A DNA stretch of 64,000 nucleotides. It comes from Chloropicon primus. Its lineage: Eukaryota. A program made the translations under genes and the position numbers. The notes beneath the pieces are model-generated. The model ran no database searches and was not told where the DNA came from. It worked only from the letters and a program-made list of their open reading frames with translations. Location of the stretch: assembly GCA_023205875.1 (NCBI GenBank), contig CP060755.1, positions 744,001-808,000 of the forward strand. The letters run 5' to 3'. Position 1 is the stretch's first letter; each line of letters begins with the position of its first letter. Below, piece after piece: positions 9,985-20,296 of this stretch.

Positions 9985-11490
9985 ATGCGTGCGTTTTGGA
10001 CGACGAGGGGGAGGCTGAGTCCGCTGCCGCACAAGGCGTCGTCATCGTCGTCGTCGTCATCGTGCGTGCCTCGGGTGCCACGGCTGAGGCGAGGAGCGGC
10101 ATCGGGGGATGCGGGGGGAACGGCCTCGGCGTCGGCGTCGGCGTCCAAGGGGAAGGAGCAGAGGAGGTCTGCAGGGGAGCTGAAGAAGGGCTCGTCGCCC
10201 CGGCAGCTGATCGATTTGCAGCCGCCCAGGGGGACGAGAGACTTTTTTCCCGAGGAGATGCGCCTGAGGAACTGGCTGTTCGACAAGTTCAGGCACGTCA
10301 GCTGGGTGTACGGCTTCGAGGAGGTGGACTTCCCCGTGCTCGAGTCGGAGCAGCTGTACACGCGCAAAGCGGGGGAGGAGATCACCACGCAGCTGTATAA
10401 CTTCGAGGACAAGGGTGGGAGGCGGGTGTCCCTGCGGCCTGAGCTCACTCCGAGCCTCTCGCGCCTGGTGCTGCAGAAAGGAAAGTCCCTGCAGCTCCCC
10501 ACCAAGTGGTTCGCCATAGGCCAGTGCTGGAGGTACGAGAGGACGACGAGGGGCAGGAGGAGGGAGCACTACCAGTGGAACATGGACATCGTGGGAGTGT
10601 CGAGCATGGAGGCGGAGGCGGAGGTGATCAGCGCGATCATCGACCTTTTCAAGCTCGTAGGCCTTTCCTCCCAGGACGTGTACATCAAAATCTCAAACAG
10701 GAAGCTCCTCCAGAGCCTGATCAGCACGTTTGGGGTCTCCAGCGAGGTGTTCCCGCAGGTCTGCGTCTGCGTGGACAAGCTGGGGAAGATTCCGAGGGAG
10801 GCCATATGCAAGGAGCTCGTTGATCTGGGCCTGTCCGCGGAGGTCTCGGACAGAATCGTTGGCTTGGTCGCCGAAGGGACCTTCGAGGACTACAAGCGAG
10901 CCTTGGTGGAGGGCGGGTCCGACGAGAGCAACTTGGAGGTACTGAAAGAGATCGAGGGGCTTTTGGATATTTTGGCTGCCCGAGGGTACGAGGACTGGAT
11001 TCAATTCGACGGCTCCATCGTGAGGGGACTGGCGTACTACAGCGGCACAGTCTTCGAGGCCTTTGACAGGGATGGCGAGCTCCGAGCGATCTGTGGCGGG
11101 GGAAGGTACGACCACTTGCTGTCCACCTTCGGTGGCAAAGACCAACCCAGGGTCGGCTTTGGATTCGGCGACGCGGTCATCGTAGAGCTGCTGAAGCAGA
11201 AGAACTTGCTGCCTCAGCTGTCGCCGCAGATTGACGATATTGTCGTGTCCCTGGACCCCGCGTTACAAAAGTACACCGGGCAGGTCGCAAGCAAATTGAG
11301 GTCTTCTGGGAGAAGGGTCGACGTCGTGCTCGAGCAAAAGAAGATGAAGTGGGTGTTCAAGCAGGGGGACAGGACCAACGCAAGGAGGCTGGTTATTCTT
11401 GGGCAGGAAGAGTGGGAAAGGGGGGTGGTCAAAGTCAGAGACCTTGCTGAAAGAGAGGAACGTGAAGTTCCAATCGATGACCTGGTTTGA
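9985..11490 (+). CDS. hisS: Histidine-tRNA ligase, chloroplast/mitochondrial
   Basis: Ser/Arg-rich transit peptide, then PPRGTRDF, LRPELTPS, WRYERTTRGRRREHYQ, VRGLAYYSG, GGGRYD, GFGFGD and an anticodon-binding domain. Confidence 0.96.
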   Translation: MRAFWTTRGRLSPLPHKASSSSSSSSCVPRVPRLRRGAASGDAGGTASASASASKGKEQRRSAGELKKGSSPRQLIDLQPPRGTRDFFPEEMRLRNWLFDKFRHVSWVYGFEEVDFPVLESEQLYTRKAGEEITTQLYNFEDKGGRRVSLRPELTPSLSRLVLQKGKSLQLPTKWFAIGQCWRYERTTRGRRREHYQWNMDIVGVSSMEAEAEVISAIIDLFKLVGLSSQDVYIKISNRKLLQSLISTFGVSSEVFPQVCVCVDKLGKIPREAICKELVDLGLSAEVSDRIVGLVAEGTFEDYKRALVEGGSDESNLEVLKEIEGLLDILAARGYEDWIQFDGSIVRGLAYYSGTVFEAFDRDGELRAICGGGRYDHLLSTFGGKDQPRVGFGFGDAVIVELLKQKNLLPQLSPQIDDIVVSLDPALQKYTGQVASKLRSSGRRVDVVLEQKKMKWVFKQGDRTNARRLVILGQEEWERGVVKVRDLAEREEREVPIDDLV

Positions 11491-11527
11491 GCAATATTTT
11501 GCGAAGCCTGTGATAAAACTGCAATAA

Positions 11528-14500
11528 TTAGTTATCGTTGGATTCTTCCGCCTTCTCGATCTCGGCCTCGATCCATTTGTCGAACCGACCCTTCCTCCTC
11601 GTGGCATGATCCGGCTTCGAGCGGGTGCGGAACCCGCCCTTTCGAAGCAAGACGTCCTCGGTGTCCAAAACATACGAAGTTTTCGAGCTGTTGCAAGCTA
11701 TCTTGCACTCCAAGCCGTTCCTCACGTAGAACTTCTTCAGCTCGTCAGACAAGTGCTTGTCGGCCGCATTCCCGCCACCGTCCTTCAAGCCTTGCAAGGT
11801 TCTGGTGAGAAAGATCTTCCCCGGCTCATAGGCGCTGACACTTGAACCGAACTCAACATAGTTCTTGAGGTAATCAGAGAAAGCCTTGTCCATGGCAACA
11901 GCAGGGATGTCGCACTTGCTGACAGCCACGTCCAAGATCTGGGCACTGACTTTTCCTTTTTCCATGACCCCGATCCTAAACCTGGTCTCGTCGTTCAAAA
12001 GCACGAGACTGTTGGCGTAGTACACAGAATCGTCAAATAAGTTATCCCTTCTCTCCCTCTCGTAGCTGTACAAGCATTGCAGTTTCAGAAGCAAGTCGTC
12101 GGTCACGATGCTCTGGATCTGCTTCACCAGCTTGTAGATTAGCTTGTCGACAGTAAACAAAATGTACGCCTTTGCGCCCAACAAATGCCTGCATTCATCT
12201 TCATACTGGGACACGTCTGTTGTGCCGTCAATAAGCCTGTACAGCAGCCTCATGAACTCCTCATGCAGCTTCTTAGCTTTTCCTTCATCCTCCTCCTTGG
12301 ATGACTTGGCAGGCTTGCTCTCAGTCTGAGAGGGCTTCCACTTGTTATCCCCACTCTTCGCGCACTGCTCGACGATCCCAAGCCTTTCGTACAAGTAGCT
12401 GTGCAGTCTGAACAGGATATAAAACGCATCGTTACCGTAGAAGACCGTCTTGACCTTGTCGGTCTTTGAGCTTTCCTTCTTGCCGGATACATAAGCAGCG
12501 ATAGGTTTGCAGTTCACGAATTCGCTTTCCTCTTGGTCATTGGCATCCTCTTCCTCCTCTTCCTCCTCTTCCTCCTCCTCTTCCTTCTCCTTCTCCTTCT
12601 CCTTCTCTTCCTCAGAGTCCTTGGAGTCCACATCCATGCCTTCCGCCTTCTCGTCGCCCTCCTTGTCGGCGTCTTCAGAATTTTTGTCCTCCATTGATGT
12701 ATCTCCGTCCTTCTCCTTGGAATCGTCGGCATACTTCTTCCTGTCCTCCGGGTCCCTGCTTGGCAATCCAAAGAAAGGCTCGTAGAACTCGCGCCAGAAC
12801 TTGGTGACCTTTCTGCTAAGATCAGCAGAAAGCATTTCCTCGGCGGCGTACGCAATAATGCCATAAATTTCATCGTGAAGAGCCTTGTCATTGCAGTCAA
12901 AGACGATATCCACCTCAGTGTGCTGATCAGACCACTTGCTGTCCGGAATCGTTGCAATTGCCTTGGACAGCTTTGTCTTCATGTCCTGCTTCTTCCTCCT
13001 TTCTTCGGACAATTCCTTGATCTCCGAGATCATGCCCTTCGAGCTGAGGTTTTTCTTGTCAATTTGCTTGAAGTAGAACGATCTATGGTCCAGGGACTTG
13101 TGGTAGTTCTGCTCATAGACCTTTCTCCAGATTTTGTTCATCTCCTCCTGGACGTTCCTCCATTCCTTGTCCTTCTCTTTCAACCTCTTGTGCACGATTG
13201 GGACTGCATATCCTGGAATTCGCCTGAGAAGGTCAAGAATGGTCTGGCCATGCTCCGCATAGATCTTCTCGATGCTGCGAATGTGAACTGGGCCCAACAG
13301 ATCCTCCGGCAAAGCCATAGCCTTCTTTGCGTCGTCAGAAAGCGAAGGAATCTGCTCCGCAAACTTATCCAGCACCTTGATGGTTGCGGTGTTGCATTCA
13401 ATGCACATTTCAAGCTCAAATCTATCATCCTCGCACCGGAACAGGGCTTCCTCGTATTGGTTTCTTCTCAAGCCCTTAAAGCCAAAGGCGTCCTCCGATC
13501 CTGTTGGAAGAGAGACCCACTGATCGTTCAACATGCCAGCAAACATGGTCTTCAGCTCAGGGCACTTGTGCTTATCCCTGCCATGGAAAGACATCTTGGG
13601 GTAGTCCGCAGGGAGCTTGCGGTACGAAGGAGTGCACTGCTCACACATTGTGAAATCAAGGTCAGATACTGGCCTTGTGTTGTACTTCTCCCTCATTGAA
13701 ATGGCCTTGAGCTTCTGCTGCATATCCTTCGAGGAGACGCTCGTCCTGGCGGCCTCCAATGCTTTACCGTCCTTGCCCAGAATATTCTTGACGCTCAAGT
13801 CCAAGTCCATACTTTCACATCGCGACAAGAAGTCGTTGAACCCTTGTACAAGGTCGGAGTGCTTCCCTATGATGTCGTAAACCAGCCCTTGCAATTCCAT
13901 TTTGCTGATGATCTCCTGGCTGAATATGTTCAAACACTTCAAGAAATCCTGGTAAGCTTCTTTGCTTCTCAAGCGGTTCTTGACTCGCTCGAAAAACTGG
14001 AGCTCCTTGCCCAGGGAAGCTAGGGACAGCTTGACCTTTTTGTCCTCCTCGTCCTTGCTGGACTTGGCAGATGTCTTGGCCCTCTTGCTGGACTTTGAAT
14101 CCTTGGATTTGCCTGCAGACCTCTTCGATGGCGCTGTCAACTGCGGAGGAGGCTGCGAGTCGGGCAAGAAATACGTGAACTCCTTCAGCAGATCCGGGTG
14201 CTCATCAAACAGGACTGACACTTCTTCGTAGACACGGTAGATGCCCTTCTTCCCCTTCCTGTACATGTTGAGTATCTCAAGGAAGGCCTTGTACACGCGC
14301 TCGTCATTAGCAAACCTCTTCTTGATCTTGTTCACGTAGTTGATAGCTTGGTTGAACTCGATGGGCTGCTTCTTCTTCGGAGCTGCTTTCTTCCCCTTCG
14401 CGCCACCAGCCGCCCCCTTTTTGGGTGGGTCCACCCTGATCTCGTACCCGTTCGGAACAAAGGTGTTGAACCCAAGAAGCAGGTCTTTGTGGCCTTTGAA

Positions 14501-16009
14501 CAAGGTCTTGACAAGCTCCACGACGCCAGAAGTGTCGATCTTGTTCATTCTAAACTTCTTCATGATGTCCAAGAACTTGTTGTAAACGCTCGGCTTCTCT
14601 TTGAATCTCTCCTTCACCTTGGTAAGGTACTCGATCGCGTCTTTCTGGGTCAGCTTTTCCTTGGCCTTGATATTCCGCGAGGGCCCCGCTTTCGAGGCGC
14701 CCTGATACGACTTTCCAGCTTTGCCCTTGTCCTGCTTCTCGTTCTTGCGCTTCTTTCCCTTGGCATCCTTTTCCGGGGCCTTTGGCTTCGTCTGCGCCTG
14801 GGCCATGGCCTGGTTCCGAGCCTGGGCCTGGGCCTGGGCCTGGGCCTGAGCGTGAGCCTGCACCTGGGCTTGGGCGGCTTGCACCATCATCTGCTGAGGA
14901 ACCAAGAAGCTCTTGGGGAGTTGGACCGACTGCAATTGGCTTGGCATCCCTTGGAGCTGGGGCGGCATGCCCATGTAAGGGACCTGCACGTTGGCGGCCT
15001 GGGTCTTCCCTTGCATGATGGGAGACCCCGCCCCCAATCCCTGGGCCTGCTGCTGCTGCACGGCTTGGACCGCCTGGGCCTGGGCCTGAGCTTCTGCCTG
15101 GGCTTGAGCCTGCATCCTGAGCACTTGGTAGAAGGACCCGTCCTGGGCTCCGGCGAGACCGGGCACCACCAGCGGGCTGCTCGCAGCCACAGCAGCGGCC
15201 GCGGCGGCTTGCGTTTGAAGCTGGGGAACGACCGACGGCTCGCCAAGCGGGGCGGACGCCGCTTGAGGATCGGCGGCGTACTGAACGTACTCCTGCCCGT
15301 CCGCCTGCTGGGCTTCGGTGCCACCGGGAGCGGCCGCGTTCGCGTCAAAGTGATCCCCCGCCCCAGGAACGCTTTCGTTCTTCACCGCCGCCCCAACAGG
15401 ATCGAGCGGCTGCTCCGGCGCAAAAACCGCTGGTGCCTCCGCCTTCACGGCGTCGGCGGGGCCGTCGCCGCCCGCCTGCACGTCGGCCTCCATGGGCTGG
15501 GCGCCCAGATCGTCTTGCCCCGCGTGGGCAGCAGCCACCATCGTGGCACCTTCCCCACCAAAGCCCCCTGGAATCGCCTCCTGCGCGGGGGGAGCACCCG
15601 CCGCTGCGTCTTCCACCGCCGTGCCCACTCCGTTGCCTCCCCCGAGGTTGGGATCTGGCGATTGATCCGCGTCCTGACCGGGCCCGCGCTCCTCCCCGAG
15701 GGCCGAGGGTCCGTTGCCGGCGTCGGCCCCCTGATCTTGCAGGCCCCCCGCCAGGGCACCTCCCTCCTCCCCCGCCTCCACCTGCCCATCCTCGTGATCC
15801 CGGCCGTCCTCCTCCACGGCTCCACCGCGGTGCGGATCCGCGGCCGGCTCCACCGCGTCCACGGCCTGGACCTGGACCGTCCCCTCCTGGTCCGTCCCCT
15901 GCGGCCCCGCCGTCGGCGCGACCTCGACCTCCATGTCGTCCTGATCCTGCCGATTCAGCTTGGGTAGCTTCACGATCAGCCTCATCGGCTTCAGGTCCTC
16001 GTTCTCCAT
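11528..16009 (-). CDS. SIN3: Paired amphipathic helix protein SIN3-like co-repressor
   Basis: Three PAH repeats (DAIEYLTKVKERF, EFNQAINYVNKIKKRF, ELQFFERVKNRL), HDAC-interaction domain (CTPSYRKLP, NQYEEALFRCEDDRFELE, KSLDHRSFYFKQ), Sin3_C (FYGNDAFYILFRLH, GLECKIACNSSKTSYVLDTED). Confidence 0.96.
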   Translation of the reverse strand: MENEDLKPMRLIVKLPKLNRQDQDDMEVEVAPTAGPQGTDQEGTVQVQAVDAVEPAADPHRGGAVEEDGRDHEDGQVEAGEEGGALAGGLQDQGADAGNGPSALGEERGPGQDADQSPDPNLGGGNGVGTAVEDAAAGAPPAQEAIPGGFGGEGATMVAAAHAGQDDLGAQPMEADVQAGGDGPADAVKAEAPAVFAPEQPLDPVGAAVKNESVPGAGDHFDANAAAPGGTEAQQADGQEYVQYAADPQAASAPLGEPSVVPQLQTQAAAAAAVAASSPLVVPGLAGAQDGSFYQVLRMQAQAQAEAQAQAQAVQAVQQQQAQGLGAGSPIMQGKTQAANVQVPYMGMPPQLQGMPSQLQSVQLPKSFLVPQQMMVQAAQAQVQAHAQAQAQAQAQARNQAMAQAQTKPKAPEKDAKGKKRKNEKQDKGKAGKSYQGASKAGPSRNIKAKEKLTQKDAIEYLTKVKERFKEKPSVYNKFLDIMKKFRMNKIDTSGVVELVKTLFKGHKDLLLGFNTFVPNGYEIRVDPPKKGAAGGAKGKKAAPKKKQPIEFNQAINYVNKIKKRFANDERVYKAFLEILNMYRKGKKGIYRVYEEVSVLFDEHPDLLKEFTYFLPDSQPPPQLTAPSKRSAGKSKDSKSSKRAKTSAKSSKDEEDKKVKLSLASLGKELQFFERVKNRLRSKEAYQDFLKCLNIFSQEIISKMELQGLVYDIIGKHSDLVQGFNDFLSRCESMDLDLSVKNILGKDGKALEAARTSVSSKDMQQKLKAISMREKYNTRPVSDLDFTMCEQCTPSYRKLPADYPKMSFHGRDKHKCPELKTMFAGMLNDQWVSLPTGSEDAFGFKGLRRNQYEEALFRCEDDRFELEMCIECNTATIKVLDKFAEQIPSLSDDAKKAMALPEDLLGPVHIRSIEKIYAEHGQTILDLLRRIPGYAVPIVHKRLKEKDKEWRNVQEEMNKIWRKVYEQNYHKSLDHRSFYFKQIDKKNLSSKGMISEIKELSEERRKKQDMKTKLSKAIATIPDSKWSDQHTEVDIVFDCNDKALHDEIYGIIAYAAEEMLSADLSRKVTKFWREFYEPFFGLPSRDPEDRKKYADDSKEKDGDTSMEDKNSEDADKEGDEKAEGMDVDSKDSEEEKEKEKEKEEEEEEEEEEEEDANDQEESEFVNCKPIAAYVSGKKESSKTDKVKTVFYGNDAFYILFRLHSYLYERLGIVEQCAKSGDNKWKPSQTESKPAKSSKEEDEGKAKKLHEEFMRLLYRLIDGTTDVSQYEDECRHLLGAKAYILFTVDKLIYKLVKQIQSIVTDDLLLKLQCLYSYERERRDNLFDDSVYYANSLVLLNDETRFRIGVMEKGKVSAQILDVAVSKCDIPAVAMDKAFSDYLKNYVEFGSSVSAYEPGKIFLTRTLQGLKDGGGNAADKHLSDELKKFYVRNGLECKIACNSSKTSYVLDTEDVLLRKGGFRTRSKPDHATRRKGRFDKWIEAEIEKAEESNDN

Positions 16010-17652
16010 CGCGCCGCACAAAAGACCTCGATGGAGGAAAGCCTGAGAGCCTTCAAAGGTTCCACCTTGGGAATGGATGAGAAGCGCCAGAGTCAGCAGA
16101 AGGCTAATGTCACTCGTCGAAAACGGATGCCCCTCGTCGGAAACGGAAGCGGGGGGCGACGGCGTCGGGCCAGGCCTCGTGGTCCCCCTTCGTCTTGACC
16201 TCCGCTCCGCTCCGCCAACTTTGTCGAAACGAGGTTTCGTGCGCGCGAGAACTCACCCTCCGCGAGGCAACCTCTTGCCCTCCCCTCTGTCCCTCAAAGC
16301 CTTGGAAAGGCGCGGGAGCGTCGTCGCCCTCGCCTCGTTTGTCGCGCGCGCGCGCGCCAAAAGTAACTCCTCGCCGATCCCCTCCTCCACGTCGCGTGCT
16401 CGTTGGTCGAACTCTCTCGCGCGAATCCGTCGCCTACTTCGCCGCGAGCTGGAAGAGAGCGGAGCAAGAAGGCGGTCAGGGAGGTCCGCGCAACGCGAGC
16501 GGCGGGGCCAAATGACTCCGACGGCGCGGTTTGGAGGAAAAACAAACCAAACGGTTTTCGTTTTCTTTCTTCGCCGACCGCGAACCCGGCCGAGTTTCCG
16601 AGCCTCTCGCCTTCCGAGCGTCACTTACCTTCCGAGGTCTCTCAAGCGACACCGTCACGCAGAAGAATGCCTCAGAATGCTTCAGACGAAGAAGAAGAAG
16701 AAGAAGAAGAAGAAGATCTCGCCAATGCCTCTCCCTCTCTCTCTCCCTCTCTCTCTCCCTTCCTCCGGTCGCCGAGCGAGCAAGGAACGGAAGGTTCTTC
16801 GTCGTCGAAGCCGCAATGGGGGGACGCAGCCAACAGCCTCCAGCCTCCTCCTCAAGTTTGTAAGTAAGAAGAAGACGACGACGAAGACTCTCCTCCGAAA
16901 GAAAAAAAAAAAAAGAAAACGAAACGAAAACGAAAACGAAAGATCTGTCGGTGGTGATCTTCCCCTCCGCCTCAAGTTCCCTTTCGATCGACCAATACGT
17001 TCGTTCTCTTTTGGATCTTCCAAGCGCCACCGCGGTGGTGGTCCAGGTGCTTGCGCCAAAAGGTGAAAGGGCCCCCCCTTGAGTTTTTTGTTTCGCGGCT
17101 CGATGGGCCTCTCTCTGGCTCCTCCCTTCAACGCCAGGGAGAAAAAAAAAAAAAAAAGGAAAAAACGAATTTTTCGATGATTTTTGGATGCGGCCCCATA
17201 AGATGGAATTTCTACTACGAATGCCGGGCCTGATCCGAGCTCGATCCGACCCGACTTCGAGGGGGGGAAGCGATCCCAGGGAAAGGGAGGGGAGGATCAA
17301 TCTTTCAAGCGGTTTGGTTGGGTTTGGTTTTTTTCTTTCCGAGGAGGCCTGGAAGGAAAGGAAAGAAAAAGGGGGGGAGGGAGTCAATACGATCATTCCG
17401 TATTTCTTTATTTACTTCTTTGAAATGCGTATTCTCCCTTTTAATATAAGTGTGCACCCCTTTCTTTCTTTCCTTCTTTTTATTCGTTAGGTACGGAAAA
17501 CTCCGAAATTCCTCCAAACTCCTGGCATTCTTTCTTTGCAACTCCACTTCTATGGATGGAAGAAAGCAGCAGGAGCAGCAGCATTATTCTCTTCTCCCTC
17601 GCTCCAATCGCTCCAATCGCTCAGAGGATCCCAATCCCAATCTCAATCCCAA

Positions 17653-19260
17653 TCACTGGTGGTGCTGCTGCTCCGGAGAGAGCAGGACGGGGTTGTACTT
17701 GAGGAACAGGATCGCCCTCTTGTGGTCCTCCGTGGCCTCGTAACCGACAAAGTCGCCCGCCTCGAGGATGCGGATGTCCCTGGGCGTCTGGATGGGCTCC
17801 GAGGGGGGAGGACCCCCCGCCGCGCAGACGCTGCACGCCAGCTTGTGGAGGGTCCGGCACTTGGAGGCGCCCTTGGAGCGCCAGAACGCCTCCGAGTCGC
17901 CTGGCCTCGAGGCCTTGGCCAAGGCCTCGTAGTCCTCCAGCTCCTTGAGGAGGTCGCCGCCCGCGAGGTCGTCCGCGGCGGCCTCCCCAGGCCTCCTCTC
18001 GAAGAAGGCTCGGCAGACCCAGTCCCTCCCCAAGGCCTCGGCGGCGGCTGCGGCGTTGTGGGGGCTCAGGTAGGACGCGAGGTCCTCCTCGATTTTGGTG
18101 GCTCCCCTCGCCCTACGCAGGCCTCCGTCCCCCGCGACCACGGAGACCGAGGAGACCCACGATGACCAGGACCCCTCCCCCAGGTCGTACTCCCCGAAGG
18201 CCTTCTCGGCGAAGGGCTCGCCGTCCAGAGAATCCCGGTGCTTGGACACGAGGACGAACTCCTCCCTGTCCCCCTCCTCGTTCACGAAGCTCAGCCGGGC
18301 CGCGGGCCCGGGCACGAACCGGGGGTCCACCACGACGTCCAGGAAGGGGAGGCCCAAGTAGTGCTGCCGGGACACGTGCTCGAGCCTCCGCCGGAGCTTC
18401 CCCCGCAGCGCCTCGAACTCCTCCAGCAGCAGCTCGTGCATCACCCCCGTGCTCCCGTGGTTCCTCAGGCTCTTCCCCTGCCCCGGCTTGCCGAAGGAGC
18501 CCACGAACTCGGCGAAGGCCTCTTGGCCCACCACGTCGAGCGGCAGCAGCTGCCTGGCGCAGAACGCGACGCAGCTCCTGAGCACCGCGGCCGCCTTCCC
18601 CGACGGCCTCGTGTGAGCCTGGCCCTCCGACTTGCGCTGCCTCTTGGCCCCCGACGCCGCCGACCGGACTCCCCCGGACGCCGACCGGTCCCTCCCCGAG
18701 TCGTCAATGATACAAGCGTACACCCCCTGGTGCTTCTTCTTGACGTGGCGGAGCGGGTTGCCGAGGGACCCCTTGGGGATCTTGAGCAGGGCGCCGCACC
18801 GCTTCAGCTCCCCCGTCGCGGGGTCCGTCACCGGGACGCAGCACAGGAAGTCTTGCCCCCCAGGAGAGAGGGGCGGCTCGAACACGGCCCCGATCTCGAA
18901 GAGCCTCGAGCGAAGGGGCCTCCCGTTCCTCCCCAGCGGGACCTTCACCCTCACCTCCTTCGCCCCGAACGTCAGGCTCGTGCCCGGCTTGGGAAGGTCC
19001 ACCTTCGACAGGTCGAACGACGACGACGACGACGACAGCATCACGGAGCGCGGAGCGCCAAGGTTGTCGTTGTCGTTGCTGTTCTGCTGCTGCTGCTGCT
19101 GCTGCTGCTGTCCGGGGGACTTGGCGGCAGTGGTGGGAGACCGTGCGGCCACGGAATGATTCATTCCGCCACCACCACCTATCTCCTCGTAAGTCGTGTG
19201 CAGTCCCCGCTTGCTGTTGTTGTTGGTGGCGCTGCTCATGGATTGGAGTTGGATGGACAA
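17653..19260 (-). CDS. BED zinc-finger / hAT transposase-derived protein (probably domesticated)
   Basis: BED-like C...C...GSLGNPLRHVKKKH; hAT-like FCARQLLPLDVVGQEAFAEFV; C-terminal hAT dimerisation-like ELEDY...EAFWRSK...TLHKLACSV...AILFLKYN. Confidence 0.7.
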   Translation of the reverse strand: MSIQLQSMSSATNNNSKRGLHTTYEEIGGGGGMNHSVAARSPTTAAKSPGQQQQQQQQQNSNDNDNLGAPRSVMLSSSSSSFDLSKVDLPKPGTSLTFGAKEVRVKVPLGRNGRPLRSRLFEIGAVFEPPLSPGGQDFLCCVPVTDPATGELKRCGALLKIPKGSLGNPLRHVKKKHQGVYACIIDDSGRDRSASGGVRSAASGAKRQRKSEGQAHTRPSGKAAAVLRSCVAFCARQLLPLDVVGQEAFAEFVGSFGKPGQGKSLRNHGSTGVMHELLLEEFEALRGKLRRRLEHVSRQHYLGLPFLDVVVDPRFVPGPAARLSFVNEEGDREEFVLVSKHRDSLDGEPFAEKAFGEYDLGEGSWSSWVSSVSVVAGDGGLRRARGATKIEEDLASYLSPHNAAAAAEALGRDWVCRAFFERRPGEAAADDLAGGDLLKELEDYEALAKASRPGDSEAFWRSKGASKCRTLHKLACSVCAAGGPPPSEPIQTPRDIRILEAGDFVGYEATEDHKRAILFLKYNPVLLSPEQQHHQ

Positions 19261-19437
19261 TGAAGCCAGAGAGCCGTGTGTCGTGTGTGTTGCAAGCTTC
19301 CCTTCCTAATCCTACCCAATCCTACCCTTCCCTCGCTGCGCCGCGTGGTTCAACGCGAAGAGCAAGGAAACTAAAAGCGGGAATGGTTGAGAGGATTGAG
19401 GGACAACGACAAGAAGCGCCAAGACAATGCCAAGCGA

Positions 19438-19466
19438 GATACGATACGATACGATACGATACGATA
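19438..19466. repeat. (GATAC)n microsatellite
   Basis: gatacgatacgatacgatacgatacgata, directly visible. Confidence 0.9.
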
Positions 19467-20296
19467 TGTATGTATGTCCTCCTTCCTCCTTGTGCGTTGC
19501 GTGTTGTGCAAGCGTGCGTGCGCTTTCAAGGAAGTCGTCGGTTTGTTCCAAAAAAAAAAAAAAAAAAAAAAAAGGGAAAACCGTCAAACGAACCTCCCTC
19601 CCCCTCCGGTTGTGGTGGTTGCGTCTTGTATTGGTTGCGGTGAACGCGCGCTCGTGCTGCCGTCGAGGACGACGTCGCCGCTCGTTCCGCTTTTTTTTTG
19701 GATTCCAGGAAGAAAACAAAAGAAGAAGAAAGAAGAAGGAAACGAAGAAGGCTCTTCCCCGTGCCCCTTTCTTCAAGGATGAGAGGCCAGAAAGCCAAAA
19801 AAACCAAATCTAAAAAAAAATCTTGAGGCTACGAATCTATGGTACGACGCAACAAGGGAAAACTACAAGATAGGGTATTCTGTGAGAGACGTGTTGGAGG
19901 AAAATATCTCACGGTACACTCGAAAATGGACCCTCCCGCGTACACCCGAATGGGGGGCTTTGGGATCGATCGATCGAGAGGAGCAAGACGGCGGCGACGA
20001 CGGCGACGACGGTGCGCCAGGGGGTCCGTGTTCCTCCTCCTTTGGTGTTTTCGCGTGAAGGACGAGAAGCTACGTCTCGAGGGCTTTCGAACGATACCAC
20101 GCATCGCATGCTTCGGTGACATCCTTTCCTTTTTTTCCACCACCGAAGGCGGCGACGGCGACGGCGACGTAGGGAGGAAGGAAGGAAGGAGATGGGTCGT
20201 CGTCGTCACCAGCACCAGCACCAGCACCAGCACCAGAAGCACCAGCACCGAGGACGGGCCTCCCCGTCTCCGCTTCTTCGGCCGGAGGACAACGCC

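Noticed and set aside
16620..16635. ACTTACCT resembling the U1 snRNA 5' end
   Set aside because: It is the reverse complement of a splice donor (AGGTAAGT), probably a SIN3 5'UTR intron; no U1 stem-loops or Sm site follow.
16077..17550. ORFs of 100-330 aa in the SIN3 upstream region and similar ones at 2580-3820, 19143-20330, 37639-38607
   Set aside because: Made of microsatellite and poly-purine/pyrimidine tracts; low-complexity translations without coding-like codon usage.
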